Assembly: GCF_006345805.1 (NCBI RefSeq) | Contig: NC_042997.1 | Span: forward strand, 101,866,001-101,930,000 | Length of the DNA: 64,000 nucleotides | Direction: 5' to 3' | DNA from: Octopus sinensis | Lineage: Eukaryota | Shown here: positions 1 to 13,977 of the stretch, in pieces | Layout: each line of letters begins with the position of its first letter | How positions within the stretch are numbered: position 1 is the first letter of the stretch | The notes under the pieces: generated by a model | What the model was told of the DNA's origin: nothing | Seen by the model: the letters and a program-made list of their open reading frames with translations, nothing else | Database searches by the model: none | Made by a program: the position numbers and the translations under genes

Positions 1-271
1 TGTCAGAGCAACTGGCTGATTTTAATGGTGGAACAAACAGGACAAAAAGATTACAAAAATAGCGATTCTCACTTTGAAACTAACAATTTTGAAAATCTTA
101 ATGCCTCACTCTCTCATGAATCCATCTATAAAATTTCAGTGCAATCAGATGAACAATACTCAAGTTATAAGTGCACAAACAGACAGAACGGATTTTATCA
201 TCATAGAGCTTCCTTCAGTTTCCATCTACCAAATCCAAACCCAGATTACTATCAAGAAACAGATTTTTAAA

Positions 272-440
272 TAATAATAATAATAATGATGATTTCAAAT
301 TTTGGCATAAGGCCAGCAATTTCAGAGGAAGGGGTAAGTCGATTTTATTAACCCTGAAATAATGAAAGGCAATGGTGACCTTGGTGGAATTTGAACTTGG
401 AATGTAAAGACAAACAAAATACTGCTAAGCATTTTGCACA
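272..440 (-). mobile_element. Degenerate tRNA-derived SINE (Meta-domain-like family) with (TTA)n tail
   Basis: Similar to better-preserved copies at 36785-37208 and 39828-40290 (gaaaggcaa...gacc..gg.ggaatttgaac..agaa.gtaaagac); ends in an (AAT)n run on the + strand. Confidence 0.65.
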
Positions 441-1504
441 GTGTGAATATAACATTTTTATCACATTTCCTTTCAGGTTGTTATGGGTTTGTAAATATCT
501 ACGTAACACAATCTGAATCTTGCACCACCTTATCTATAAGACTGAAGTTTCTTAGGAATAGCTGAAGTACTTTGCATCAACACTATTTTTATTAAAAATA
601 ACAGAATAAATGGTCAAGTTTGGCAGTATTTGAACTCTAAGCCAAATGAAACAAACCTAAATACTGCAAAGTTCTACTTTCTCACCAAGCATCACAAAAC
701 TTGAAAACACAGATAATTGAATAAATTTTATTTGCTTTTTTTTTTTTAATAAAATATATAAGAAACAAAAGTACTCAATATACAAAATAAAATGTACTTA
801 ATATTATCTTTCCTTATGTTTATGATAAGAAAAATTATTCTGTATGTTTATATAATCAATGAATAATAGTAATAATAATAATAATAAAATATGTGATATA
901 CATATATACTGCTCAGTTAGAATTAGTTTTTATATAGAAAAGAATTCTTTCACATTAGGAAACATTGATAATGCATGTCATAAATATCATATTATATGGT
1001 GGTGAAATGTGGACAATGAAGAACAGCAGCAGAATGAAAGAAAAACTAAATATGATGGATGAATAATGTCTGTTGAAGGGAGGCTGATATCTATTCTGGA
1101 AGTATTGACACTGTTATAATCTTGTTTAAGCAATTTCAACAGGTGGCAACAAAGGGTGTTATATATTTAGTAAACAATCTAATAAGTTAGCAAAGGGACT
1201 GGCAAATAAAGGCATTAAATATAATGTATAGACACAAATTTAACACAGTGGTTCTCAATCTTTTGTAGTTCAACAACCCCTTTTATCGAATGGTATTTTA
1301 CAAATGCTTCTTCCTACATTTTGTAGGAAAAAACAAATAGAGGTTAATTTTACACAGGGTTTTATTATCCATATTTTCTCACAGAATGAAATGATAATGT
1401 GCTGCTGTTGGATGCTTATGTTTGGTACGGTTGACTGGACAGTCAACCAGTTTTGGTGACCATAAGTTTTGGCACTGGAGGACAATGCATGCACATGTAT
1501 GCAG

Positions 1505-1544
<40 letters not shown>

Positions 1545-1991
1545 AGAGAGAGAGAGAATGCATGTACCTACAAACATAAATTGAAGCTCACACACATAAA
1601 CAGAGAGAGGGGGACAAGAGAAATATTAAAATACCTGATGTTAAATCAGTATTGAATCAACAATGCCATATAGACACTGCCAAAACATTTTATACTCATT
1701 TTCTCATCCTGTCATATCCATTATGTACCCCTTTTAAGATATTTACATGGACTAGTGCCCTCTAAATTAAATTCTCATAGAAACTATGAAAGATAGCAAG
1801 GGCTTACTTAACAAAATTATATTATACCCTGGCACACCATAAGTTGGGTTTCTGCTCATTGATAGGACAATGTCAAACTCACATTTTAATCCCAATGAAG
1901 CTTGCTCTGAAAATGTTTGACTCTTTTGATATCAATCACCTGAAACCATTCCTGATCCTATATACAAAGTCCCTGTTTGTAAAGTGATCTA

Positions 1992-3246
1992 TCAGGGTCA
2001 GTAAAAAGTAAGCAATGTTTTGAAACATGAAATTCATCGTAATATATTTCAACAATGTGGAAATTTGATCCATCAAAGTAAGTACCATTACAATCAACAC
2101 ATTTTTGCCAATGAGTTACAAGTCTGTTTATTCTGGTAACATAAAACTCTGGAGTTCTGGAGCTGATGAACTCTGAACGCACTTTCAGCATCAGTTTGAT
2201 TTTTTGAACTCTTTCTCTCCCAGGAAACCATCAAGCTGCTTGAAAAAGTGGTAGTCAGTAGGAGAAAGGTCTGGGGAATAAGATGGGTGGAGGAGAACTT
2301 CATCGCCAAGTTCTCTCAACTTCTGGAGAGTCATTAGTGAAACGTGTGGTCAAACATTGTCATGAAGAATTATCAGCCCTCTTCTGTTGACCAGTCTGAG
2401 ATGGAAGAGTAGCAATCTTTCACTCATTTTGGCTATCTCATGGCAATATGTTTCTGCAGTATTGGTTTTTCTGGGTTTTAAGAAGTTATAGTGGATGAGT
2501 CCGGCAGTACACCACCAAACAGTCACCATAACCTTCTTTTTGAAGAGTTCAGGTTTAAGGAAGGCTTTCGGTGCTTCATTTTGGTCTAGCCACTGTGAAA
2601 AATTTTTATTATTGTACAGAATCCACTTTTCATCGCAAGTTACAATACAATTGATAAATGAATTGGTTTGGTTATGGAAAAGAAGAGATGAACAAATTTC
2701 ATATCTGCGCATTTTCTGATTTTCATTCAAATTGTGTGGTACCCATTTGTCAAACATTTTTGATTTTCCGATCATATGCAAATAGTCGCATGCAGTTTTC
2801 CGGCTAACTTGAAATTCTTTTGCCAGTTCTTGAGTGGTTCTATGTGGATCTTTCTCAATGACGGTCATCAATGATAGATAGCCATCCACTATGCTCATGA
2901 TCTTCAACGCTCAGGTCTCCACTACAAAATCGTTTAAACCATTTTTGAGCTGACCACTCACTGGTCATTTCCTCACCAGATGTTTCGTTGATATCACAAG
3001 CAGTTACATCCAATTTTGAAGTTGAATAGCAAAACTGCTAGAATATTGCGCTTTGGCAGTTCCATTTCATATGATTGTAACAACGGTAAAAAAAATATCA
3101 GTTAATTTAGTGATGCATTTGGACAAGTCTGTGTCTGTATTATCAGACAATTTTTTTTTAAATGTTTAAAAAAATTCAAAACACTGCAAAAATCTGGTAC
3201 AAATTCTTCATGGTTCAAAACATTGCTTACCTTTCACTCAACCTAA
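1992..3246 (-). mobile_element. Full-length but decayed mariner transposon (Hsmar1/cecropia-like)
   Basis: About 30-bp TIRs (tcagggtcagtaaaaagtaagcaatgttttgaa / ttcaaaacattgcttacctttcactcaacctaa) after TA; about 1.25 kb; minus-strand peptides WVPHNL, IVTCDEKWILY, VMVTVWW, HDN, WQKCVDCNGTYFD, broken by stops and frameshifts. Confidence 0.95.
2350..2907 (-). pseudogene. mariner DD34D transposase remnant (longest open segment)
   Basis: ORF track 185 aa with WVPHNL, TCDEKW and LHDN motifs; the C-terminus continues in other frames to about 2070. Confidence 0.9.
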
Positions 3247-4724
3247 CAAATTTAAACCTCCCATTAAAATTCCATATCAAATCATATTCCAAATACCAGC
3301 ATAATAATGACAAAGTCATTTTGATAAATTTTTCATTATTCTAAAATTTAACTGAAGCAAAGGCATTATATTTCAACATAATTATATAAGAAAAGGGTTT
3401 AAATGTAACATTTGTACTTAGTCTAAATATTGTATTACTAACTAAACTCAAAAACTCTCTAAACACCCAGTGCCATCTTGACATTTATTGCACCCTTTTG
3501 AATTCACAACACCCCAAAAAAGATCAGGAAAGTGCCACTGACATTAAGAACTATTGCTCCAACAAAACTATCAGTTATACAATTCACAATGGATAGACAC
3601 TAGAGAAGAAAGTCGATGAAACAGATGAATATAAAAGATGCTGAAGACCTCATAGTTATATTTCTTTTTTCTTTAGTCGCTGCAGCTTGAGAGCTAAAGA
3701 GCTGTTTCAGTCATTGGACCAGGGCCATGCTAGAATACCACATTGGAAGGGAATGGTTTAGTCAACCAAATCAACTACAGTACTTCTAAGTACAGTATTT
3801 CTAAGCCTGGTGCTTATTCTATCAGTCTCTTTTGCAGAACTACTGTTATGGGGACATAAACAAACCAACACCAGTTGTCAAGTAATGGAGGCAAACACAG
3901 AGAGATATACACACACATACATGATAGACTTCTTTCAGTTTCTATCTACAAAATCCACTCACAAGGTTTTGGTCGGTGCAGAGCCACAAAGGTATTTTTG
4001 CACTTCATTTTTCAGAATATTGACATTTTAATAGTTTTGTCAAAAATTTAATATAACCTTTACTCTAAGTCAAAAAATAAATAAATAAATTCAGATTATC
4101 AGATTACTCAAATTAAAAAAAAAATAAATAAAAATAAAAAAAGAAAGTTGTTCTTTTCCCTCTGAACATTTCAAAGTAAAAAGACACTACATATTATCAA
4201 AATCAATTATCAGCCTGAATAACAATAGCAAGGCTTTAACATGGGTAACCAAAAATAGTGACTCAGCATTGAGCTGGTAGCCAATTACATAAGTAGTTTG
4301 GTCACTTTCACTATATGTCTAAGATGATATTTAACAGTTTACTAATCAAACACCCTATCAAAAATTCAGACAAGTAGCTATGTTACTGTGGTTTTCATTC
4401 AAGCCAGATAAGCAGCAGACAAAATATTAATTAAAATTAGTTTTTTTTATATAATAAGCTTTCAGTTGAAGGTAACATACACATACATATCTATACACAT
4501 ACCATATACACACCCACCCAAAATTCCTTTTGCCTGTGACTAAGTTCCACCTGACAGCTTATGCAACCAGTTTTCATATAACATCAGGTGACACTTTAAA
4601 TACCAGCTTAAATGAATTTTATAATAAATCTAAAACCTACTTTTAGTATTGAATCATCCCCTCCACCAGTATTCATATAACAACCTAAATCTAATACATA
4701 TATATTTACTATCATCTTGTTTAA

Positions 4725-5478
4725 CTCCTTAGCATTCAGATTACTTTATCAAGAGTGATGTTTATTTTTTCTTTAACTTGTTTCAGTCATTTGACTGCAG
4801 CTATGCCGGATGAACACCTTAAAGGGTTTTAGTCAAAAAAAAATCAACCCCAGGACTTACTCTTTGTAAGCCTAGTACTTATTCTATTGGTCTCTTTTGC
4901 CGAACTGCTAGGTTATGGGGACAAACACAGACACATATAAATACATATATATGTGTGTGTGTGATGAGTTTCTTTCAGTTTACACCTAGAAATCTACTCA
5001 CAAGGCTTTTGTTGGCCTGAGGCTACAGTAGAAGACACTTTCCCAGGTACCACATGGTGGGACTGAACCTGGAATCATGTGGTTGGGAAAGAAGCTTCTT
5101 ACTACACAGCCATGCCTATATATATATATATGAGTGTGTATGTGTGACGGGCTTCTCTCAGTTTTTGTCTACCAAATCCACTTACAAGGCTTTGACTGAT
5201 CTGAGGGTATAGTAGAAGACACTTGCCCAAGGTGTCACACAGTGGGACTGAACCCAGAACCATGTGGTTGGGAAGCAAGCTTCTTACCACACTGCCATGC
5301 TTGCTCACATTTAAAAAATTTAGTCATGTATTATCTTGTAGCTTTGAAATTTTGAAGATGTGATTGTTTATGTTTAGATTAACATTTTAGGGTAGGTGTG
5401 AGAAACTGAATTTAGCTGGCTTCAGCATAAAACAGATAGAATATTTTGGCCAGATATAGCTGATTTAAATGCTAAAGG
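4725..5478. mobile_element. piggyBac-type MITE (CCCTTTAGCATT TIR family) with two nested SINEs
   Basis: ttaa|ctccttagcattc ... aatgctaaaggg|ctaa; the outer parts match the unsplit copy at 19905-20125. Confidence 0.65.
4770..5117 (-). mobile_element. tRNA/CORE-type SINE (head + microsatellite + tail ending gactgaaacaag)
   Basis: Colinear with 12136-12539 and 46531-46882; a second head follows at about 5135-5305. Confidence 0.85.
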
Positions 5479-5619
5479 GCTAAACAGTTACTTTGCTAGA
5501 GAATGTAACTGTCAGCTGTTCACAGCCAAAGGATTATGGTAACACTCCTTACTGAGATTTAAAGAATTCAGTGAGAATTCATGCAGTTCTGTTAACACTG
5601 TTTGCTGTAGATCTTTTGT

Positions 5620-5895
5620 TTTCACGCATGTGTGTTGTGCTCATGAGCAAGACACTTTATTTCATGCTGCTCTAGTTCACTGAGCTGTATAAATGAGCTG
5701 CGACATCACTGGTGCCAAGCTGTATCAGTCTTTGTCTTCCCCTTGGGTAACATTGGTAGTGTTGAGAGGGGAGGCTGGTATGCATGGGCAACTGCTGGTC
5801 TTCCATAAACAACCTTGCCTGGACTTGTGTCTAGGAGGGGAACTTTCTAGGTGTAATCCCATGGTCATTCATGACTGATGGGTCTTTACCTTTTA
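5620..5895 (+). mobile_element. CORE-type SINE, second family
   Basis: gagcaagacactttatttcatgctgctctagttcactgagctg core is shared with 31070-31350 (-) and 55553-55790 (+). Confidence 0.6.
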
Positions 5896-6264
5896 TCCTT
5901 TTATATATACAAAACACAAGCTAAGTAACATTATGGCTGTCCATTATTGTCATTTCACCCCCACCCTCTCTCTCTCATACAAAATTTCTCTTCTCTTAAA
6001 ACTCCTCCACAACCCATCTTCCTAACATCCCTCCATCTCACCACTCACAGCACTCGTGTGTCTGTCCACATACACTTCATGTCCTTACATACTACACACC
6101 CTACTGTTCCAACACCACCTATTTCTTTCTTTTTCTCTCTCTAACTTTCTCCTCCCTTGTCCTATTAGGGTAGCCAAATTTCACCCCTATAGCATAACTA
6201 TCTTTGTCCCTCTATTATACTCTAACTTCTCACCTGACACACAGCCACTTCCCTTGGTTCCACT

Positions 6265-6557
6265 CCGACATGCAAATTACTTGGCAACCTCACTGGTGCT
6301 GATGTATCATAAAAAGCACCAGGGCTGGTGCCATGTAAACAGCACCTATGTTGGTGTCATGTAAAAAGCACCCATGCTGGTGCCACATAAAAACACTCTG
6401 TACACATTGTAAAGTGGTTGGTGTTAGAAAGGGCATCTAGCCATAGAAACCATACCAAAACAGACAAATGGAACCTGCTGCAACTCTTCAACTGGTCAGC
6501 TCCTGCCAAACCATCCAACCCATGCCAGCATAGAAAACAGCCATTAAATGATGATGA
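6265..6557 (+). mobile_element. 5'-truncated RTE LINE 3' UTR
   Basis: Several ggtg.ca.gtaaaaagcac modules, gtggttgg.gttagaaagggcatc, ccatgccagcat and a (GAT)n tail, as at 27310-27604. Confidence 0.8.
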
Positions 6558-6558
6558 A

Positions 6559-6598
<40 letters not shown>

Positions 6599-8629
6599 GT
6601 GAGTATGTGTGTATATATGAAGGTTTGAGTGTATGTGTATATATATATATCCTATATGTTGGCTTAGATTAAAACACTTCCTTCCCTTTTACCACAGATG
6701 TTTGACAATATGAAAGCTCATCCATTGCTTATCAACTGGAGTTAAGGAGCCATATGTATATAAATGCCTATGAAATAACTTATGATAAGAGTTTTATAAG
6801 TGGAGCTGACAATCCATTCATTTCTATTCCAGCCAGTGTACAATTTCATACACTTACACTGCAATTCTCCCATCACTACTTTGGCCAGTATGGTGAAATC
6901 TTTGTTTTGCTGGTGAAATCATAAGATTAAAACCAGTTTTGCCTAGATAGTTGCCAAAATAATTCAATCAGTCATTGATTAAAATTTGTTTTTTCTTCAC
7001 TGCATGATTTCTATAGTCAGCTTTTTAATACTCCTTGCATTATGAATTAATACTAAATTAAGTATTAGTTACAATGTTTGGCTAATGATTCAAATATAAC
7101 CAGGCCTGATTACATCTACAAGTACTAACAATTTATGAGTCAATAAAGGAACCTCAATACAGTCATTCAACCTGCTAGAGATAGCAACAAAATCTCCCTC
7201 AAGTCACATCCTATTGTCTTACACACAAAATGTAATTATAGATATAAAAAATGACAGGCTAGTCAATTCTGGAATGCCTCTGATCACAGAGCCACTTGAT
7301 CAGGATAGACTTGAGGTATAACAAGAGTTTTATGCATTATTTCCAATTTGTCTTTAATATAAATGCCACATATTGGAATCAACAAGTATATGGTTCTTAA
7401 TAATCAACTTCCTTCATACAATTATTATTCTAAGAAACAGAACAAAAATTACAAGGATACATGCAGCAACCTAATGATAAGAAAATGCACCATTAATCTT
7501 AGATCAGACTATAGCACCTTGTATCAAGGGCATTTCAATACCACAGATTTGCTAAGCATGTCCAACAATAATAAAACGCAGAAGGAAAAAAGAAATAGGA
7601 CACAAACTGAAGTTGTTACAGGGTGTGGCACTGAGTAATTTATTCTGAAAATTTATCTTAATACTAGTGAAGTGGGATTGGAAATAATTTTTGTCTGACA
7701 TGCTTTTAAATTAGAGAAGAAAGCTTACAAACAACCTCAGTCACATAAACTAAATGAGGAAAAGTAAATAAATTCAAAAATTAAGACACATGCTAGTAAA
7801 AGAAATCAAGGAACCTTGCAGTGTATGTCGTGTTAGGTTTTGGAAGCTGCTTACAAAACTTGGGCTATTTTAAGAAATATTTTTGAAAATTAGGTCTGAT
7901 ACATTAGAGCGATAATTTTCTGCTGACTGAATGACTAAGTAGAAACTCAAGAGAATGTCAACAAACTATAGTAATTACACACATAGCTGCATCAGTTAAA
8001 AACACTAAAATATTAACTGATCTAATTCTATTATCTACTATATAGTAATGAAAAGAAAAAAAATTAATATAATCTGTTTTATCCAAACTAATTCATATAT
8101 TGATTTAATTTAATTTAGAAATAACAGATCTAACATACCCGTGATAGAGTAATTAATCAATTCTGAGATGTTAGTATAATACCATGTGTTTAGTAATTAT
8201 AACTATCATTCAATTGCCTTTCATCAATAAACAGGAAATCTACTTCTAATTTTTATTAAGATGTATATAACAGAGTACTGATTTATGTTAGGATTCCAGA
8301 TAATGTCATGGGATTATGATTAGCAGCATCAATATTTAATGTCCATTTTCCATGCTTGGCATGGACTGGACAACTTGACAGGAACTGTCAAGGCTAGAGG
8401 GCTGCACCTGGTTCCATAGTCTGTTTTGGCTTGGTTTCTACAGCTGGATGCCCTTCCTAATACCAACCACTTTACAGAGTATACTAGGTGCTTATGTAAA
8501 AAAACAAAATGATGAAAGGATATTAGGGGAATGAACATGAGTACAAAAAATGAAAGCAAGTTCAAATCTTAAATTTATTAAATATAGACAATGGTGTTAT
8601 TTAAAAATATTTCAGTAAATTCTTATTAA

Positions 8630-8844
8630 TCCTTTTGCTATATTTTTACTGAAATATATTACTTTTGTATTAGTAAATTTTCAAATTAATGATGAGTTTA
8701 GTAAAATAACTATCATTATTAAACTGGTGTTTGGATCATAAATTGAATGTGAAATTTCCATTGGTTTACAATTAGATCACTTTAAAACAAGAAGTTTGTA
8801 TCGTAGAACCAGGGGCAGTCTCAGGTGAGTTGGTATCAAAAGGG
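8630..8844. mobile_element. piggyBac-type MITE
   Basis: ttaa|tccttttgcta ... tatcaaaaggg|tgaa; homologous to 1921-3398. Confidence 0.65.
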
Positions 8845-9306
8845 TGAAAGCAAACTTCAGTACATTCCATGCGAGAGGAATTCATTGTAGTTAAATGATA
8901 CATTGGCTAGCTTTCATAATCAAATTCAATGGCAGAGTGAACTAATATGACTTGTGGAACTTGGTCTTCAGAGTGAAAATTCCCAAATGACCAGAAACCT
9001 ATTTTGACAGACAGTTTAACTGAGGCAATTTAAAAAAAAAAAATGTTCTGTCCAAAGACAGAAACATACTGAAATACCAACAACAAATTTGATTCATGGG
9101 CTATGAAATCACCTCAATATAAGCTTTATTTTTGGCCATTTCAAACTTACCAAGTCATAATAATTCTGATATAGTTAATAATGTATAAAAATGTCCACTA
9201 CAGAAAAAGAATCAAGGTAAGACATTGAAAAAACTTTAATGTAAATAATGTTTTGACAATGGTTATGCTAGGCTGTGGAATTTTAGACAACCTTATACAT
9301 CTAGAT

Positions 9307-9627
9307 CAGTGGTTCTCAACCAGGGTCCACATGGTCCCTGGTAGTCCATATAAGATTTTGGTGGGTCTACGCAAATAAAATAGCCAACTGGGGATCCACA
9401 GTAGTATTTTAAAGGTTCATGAAAAGTTTTGCTTTAGCTGTATTTATTGCAAGAAACAGCTCAGTTTGTTTCTCTAATGTTTTACATGGTACAACCTACA
9501 CAAGTTAATGTATAAAAAGCAAAATAGGAGTTTTGAAAGAAGTATGTATAAAACAAGTTTTTAAACATTGAATGGCTATGGAGGTGTTACCAGAATAAAA
9601 TAGTTAAAAAATGATTGAGAACCATTG
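9307..9627. mobile_element. hAT (Charlie-type) MITE
   Basis: TIRs cagtggttctcaa / ttgagaaccattg; degenerate 8-bp flanks atctagat / gtacagat. Confidence 0.8.
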
Positions 9628-9699
9628 GTACAGATGAATGCATACATTTTGCCTTTATATGACATGCAGTTAGATCTATGCAGATAAGGTTGTCTAAAA

Positions 9700-10420
9700 T
9701 TCATCATCATCATCATCATTTAATGCTAACTTTTCCATGATTGTATGGGTCAAGTGGAAGTTGATGAGGCTGATTTTCTACAACCAGAGGTCCTTCTTGT
9801 TACCAAACCTAACATGCTTCTATGGAAGATTAGAAATGAACACCACAGCTTGTATGATAGTAATGTTTGTTTACAACTACTGTGCAATGTCAAGACAAGG
9901 AGACAAATACACACATATCTTTTGTTTTACTTGTTTCAGTCACTGGACAGCAGCCACGCTAGGGCACCACCTTAAAGAGTTAAGGTGAACAAATTGACCC
10001 CAGTATTTTATTTAAAGTCTGATACTTATTCTGCTAAATTATGAGGGATGTAAACAAACCAATACCAATTATCAAGTGGTGAGAGTGGGAGACAAATACA
10101 AACATATATACATGTATGAGCTTCCATGCAGCTGCTGTCTACCAATTTCACTCACAAGGCATTAGTTGGCCCAGGGCTATAGTAGAAGACAATAGCTCAA
10201 AGTGCCATGTAGTGGGACTGAACCTGAAACCACAAGATAGTAAAGCAAACTTCTTAACCAAACAGCTATGCTTGCACCTACAATGGGCTTCTTTCAGTTT
10301 CTATCAAACAAATCACTCACACAGCTTTGGTTGGCCCAGGAATGTAGTAGAAGACAATTGCCCAAGGCGCCATGCAATGAACTGCAAACCACATGGCTAG
10401 GAAGCAAACTCCCTAACTAT
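9700..10420 (-). mobile_element. Cluster of nested, decayed tRNA SINEs (RTE-tailed copy interrupted by second-tail copy)
   Basis: (CAT)n RTE-type tail at 9702, second-type tail at 9925 and two tRNA/CORE heads at about 10115-10280 and 10285-10420. Confidence 0.7.
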
Positions 10421-11127
10421 GAAGCAATAAGCAACTTAAATGTGAAATGCATTAAAAAAAAAACAAAAAAAAAACTTACTGTTATTGTTAAATTAGTTTC
10501 AAACAAACAACCTAAATTACTCGTTTAGCTAACACCTACTTTTTATACATGTCTGTCTGGCCACATGTGAGCAAAGCAGCTGTACTGTGTTATAAACTTT
10601 CTAAGACCAACTACAGAGAGAGATCAAAAAGTGATGACACAAAAAAGATTGAAGCTGACTGACCTATAGTTATCAGTTTTGATAGACTGAATATATTAAT
10701 TATGAATAAGTAAATAGAGCAACACTTCTGAAGCTGAAGTCTAGATTTCCATTATATTTACAATTATTGGGAGAATAGGCAGGCTAAAACAGAGTGAACA
10801 ACAAAATATAGCTGAAAGAAAAGCCTGAGTTAGTAAATTAGATTTGCTCTGAATTTAAAAATAAAATTCACAAGCCAATGAGGAAGACTCTAGGTAGTGT
10901 TTCAACTTGCTAGAAATGGTAGTCATGTCTTCCTCAAAAACACCCTACCATTTTGAAAGGTGAGAAGGTCATTACTGTAATGCCTTTGATCACAGTTCTG
11001 CTGATTAGGGATAACCTGGGGCTAAACAACAACACTAGGATTTAAGGAAACTAGTAATAGTTTATGACAACAAAAGCCAGTTCATTAAGAGATAAAAATA
11101 AATAGGACACTGCATATGATGGATTTT

Positions 11128-11351
11128 GGCTGTCGCTAGTACTGCCTGACTGGCCCTCATGTCAGTGGCATGTAAAAGTACCCACTACACTCTCGGAGTG
11201 GTTGGCATTAGGAAGGGCATCCAGCTGTAGAAACTCTGCCAGATCAGATTGGAGCCTGGTGCAGCCATCTGGCTCACGAGTCCCCAGTCAAACTGGCCAA
11301 CCCATACCAGCATGGAAAATGGTCGTTAAATGATGATAACGATGATGATGA
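11128..11351 (+). mobile_element. 5'-truncated RTE LINE 3' UTR
   Basis: High similarity to 27400-27604; (GAT)n tail. Confidence 0.88.
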
Positions 11352-11754
11352 CTTACTTCATTAAACACATTTCATGATGAAAAGTAAAGTCCTGAAGTGC
11401 ACAAGTCATCAAACCAAACCTAACTAAAATATGACAATTTATCAAAATTTCTAGGGCATTTTACTGAAAAACACAAACTACATTCTAAATTGTAATAACT
11501 GATTAAGATAGAGCTATCTTTCTTTTATCTGTTTCAGCCATTGGGCTGCGGCTATGCCGGGGGCACTGTCTTGAAATGTTTCAGTTGAACAAATCAACCC
11601 AAGTACTTTTTTTTTTTAAAGTCTGGTACTTATTCTATCAAACTCTTTTGCCAAACCACAAAGTCATGGGCTGAAAACAAACCAACACATGTCAAGTGAT
11701 GTGGAGGAGAAAAACACAGACACACAAATGTGTGTAAAATCAACTTCATCATTA

Positions 11755-11794
<40 letters not shown>

Positions 11795-11915
11795 TATGAT
11801 GGCCTTCCGCATAGCTTCTGTCCACCAAATTTTCTCACAAGGCAGCTGGCCCAGAACTCAAAAGCCATGCAGTTGCAAAGCAAGTTTCTTAACCATATAA
11901 CCATGCCTACATCTA

Positions 11916-12133
11916 TGAGGGAGTGCTGAAAAGTTCCTCGCTTTGGGTAATAGAAACCACAGAAGGATCAGTTAATTATGATGTTATTCAACATAATCCC
12001 CTCTCAGATTCACACACTTATTGCAGTGGTCCTTCAATTTTTCTAAGCCCAGTAAAAGAACTCGGAAGGTTGGGCCTCCAACCCAGGCCTTTCACAATAC
12101 CCTTAAAGCCAGGAACTTTTCAGCATCTCCTCA
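11916..12133. mobile_element. Tc1/mariner MITE
   Basis: TA|tgagggagtgctgaaaagttcct...aggaacttttcagcatctcctca|TA; second copy at 16824-17010. Confidence 0.9.
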
Positions 12134-12135
12134 TA

Positions 12136-12539
12136 CTCTCTTTTACTTGTTTCAGTCATTTGACTGTGGCCATGCTGGAGCACCACCTTTAATCGAGCAA
12201 CTTGACCCCGGGATTTATTCTTTGTAAGCCCAGTACTTATTCTATCGGTCTCTTTTGCCGAACCGCTAAGTGACAGGAACATAAACACACCAGCATCGGT
12301 TGTCAAGCAATGCTAGGGGGACAAACACAGACACACAAACATACACGCACACACATATATATATATACATAAATACGACGGGCTTCTTTCAGTTTCTGTC
12401 TACCAAATCCACTCACAAGGCTTTGGTCAGCCCAAGGCTATAGTAGAAGAAACTTGCCCAAGGTTCCATGCAGTGGGACTGAACCCGGAACCATGTGGTT
12501 GGTAAACAAGCTAATTACCACACAGCCACTCCTGCGCCT
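12136..12539 (-). mobile_element. Well-preserved full-length tRNA/CORE-type SINE
   Basis: Minus strand starts aggcgcaggagtggctgtgtggtaa (A box) ... gggttcagtccc (B box), has CORE-like ccttgggcaagt, a central (TA/TG)n and ends ggtgctccagcatggccacagtcaaatgactgaaacaagtaaaaga. Confidence 0.92.
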
Positions 12540-12892
12540 ATATATATATATAAAATTTATTAAACACAAATTTCCTTAATGGTTTATTCTGCCAATGCAC
12601 ATATTTACATAATGTGCATCTTTATAGTTGAGTGCTCTTAATGCTAGTCACTCAAGTGAAACTAATGCTAATTTTTCAGATGAAGCAGTAAATTAATTAA
12701 TCACGCATGAAAGATTCAAAAGCAACTGATAATATAAAATGAAATCCTATCAACAAGAAAATTTGGTATTGGATTAAATAATTAAATCAGTATTTTTCAA
12801 ATAGGTGCCATCCATTAGAATGCCTTGGGATAACTCAAGAAGCAATATTGTAAAACATGTCCGAAGGAGCATTGGGTTTATTTATCTTTTGT

Positions 12893-13660
12893 CTTTACAC
12901 TTGTTTCAGTTATGTGACTGCAGCCATGCTGGGGCACCAGCTTGAAAATCTTAGTTGAACAAATTGACATCAATACTGTTTTTTGTTTTTTTTTAACCTG
13001 GTACTTAATCTATTGGTCTCTTTTGCTAAACTGCTAAGTTAAAGGGATGTAAACACACTAACACTAGTTGTCAAAAGATGGGGAATAAACACAGACACAA
13101 AGACACACACATATGATGGGCTTCCTTCAGTTTCCATCTACCAAATCCCTCTCAAAGAATTCGTCAGCCTCAGACTATAGTAGAAGACACTTGCCCAAGG
13201 TGTCATAGTGAGACTGAACCTGGAACCATGTGGTTGGGAAGGAAGCTTCTTATCACACTTTCCCATGCTTACATAGGTCAGATTGATATTTCTGAGATGG
13301 ATTTTCTATAGCCAGATATCCTTCCTGTTGCTGACTGTTATTTGTTTACAAGTAAGATATTTCCTCATAACCAGATATGTTTTCATGGAATGCTAGGAAT
13401 GAAGAACAATGTTGCATGATGATGTCATTTGTTCACAACTATCACGCCACATCAAAGCAAGGAAATAGTGACACACAAACACACACATATATCTATACAC
13501 GATGGACTTCTTTCAGTTCCTGTCTACCGAATTCATTTGCAAGGCTTTGGTCAGCCTGGGGCTGTAACAGAAGACACCTGCACAAAGTCGCTATGCAGTA
13601 GGATTGAACCAGAATCATGTGATTGGGAAGTAAACTTCTTACCACACACCCATGCCTGTA
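12893..13660 (-). mobile_element. Two adjacent decayed tRNA SINEs with different tails
   Basis: 12893-13260 is colinear with 12136-12539; 13260-13660 has the same head but an RTE-like tail. Confidence 0.75.
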
Positions 13661-13977
13661 CCTATAACAATATTACTATTATCTTTTAAATTTCCAGTGT
13701 CAACATCTTTTAAGTTGAATGACCCATCCTACAGAGTAATACTTTGGAAATGATGCAAGCAGAGAGAAACAAAGGAACCCTACAACAACAAAATCACAAA
13801 GCATTTTCCTCAATAAAGACCAATTGTTCTTTCTCATACATCAAAGCAAACATTATTAAACATTATTTCATGAATATTAAGCAAAGCTTAAACAGAAAGC
13901 AAACAGGATAAAGTCCATTAAACTAGTCCAACACGAGAGAAATTAAATATTAAAGTCAATTTTCAAATAATAAGAGA

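Larger units (their letters stand above)
1921..3398. mobile_element. piggyBac-type MITE split by a mariner insertion
   Basis: 1921-1991 plus 3247-3398 align with the reverse complement of the unsplit copy at about 8630-8844; degenerate CCCTTTTG TIRs and TTAA-like flanks. Confidence 0.65.
1246..3556. mobile_element. Possible old hAT (Charlie-type) non-autonomous element hosting nested insertions
   Basis: Left end CAGTGGTTCTCAA (same TIR as 9307); degenerate right end ttaagaactattg near 3556; both 8-bp flanks end in aaca. Confidence 0.35.

Noticed and set aside
2350-2907. Domesticated SETMAR-like host gene
   Set aside because: Stops and frameshifts, both TIRs present and no SET domain; an ordinary dead mariner.
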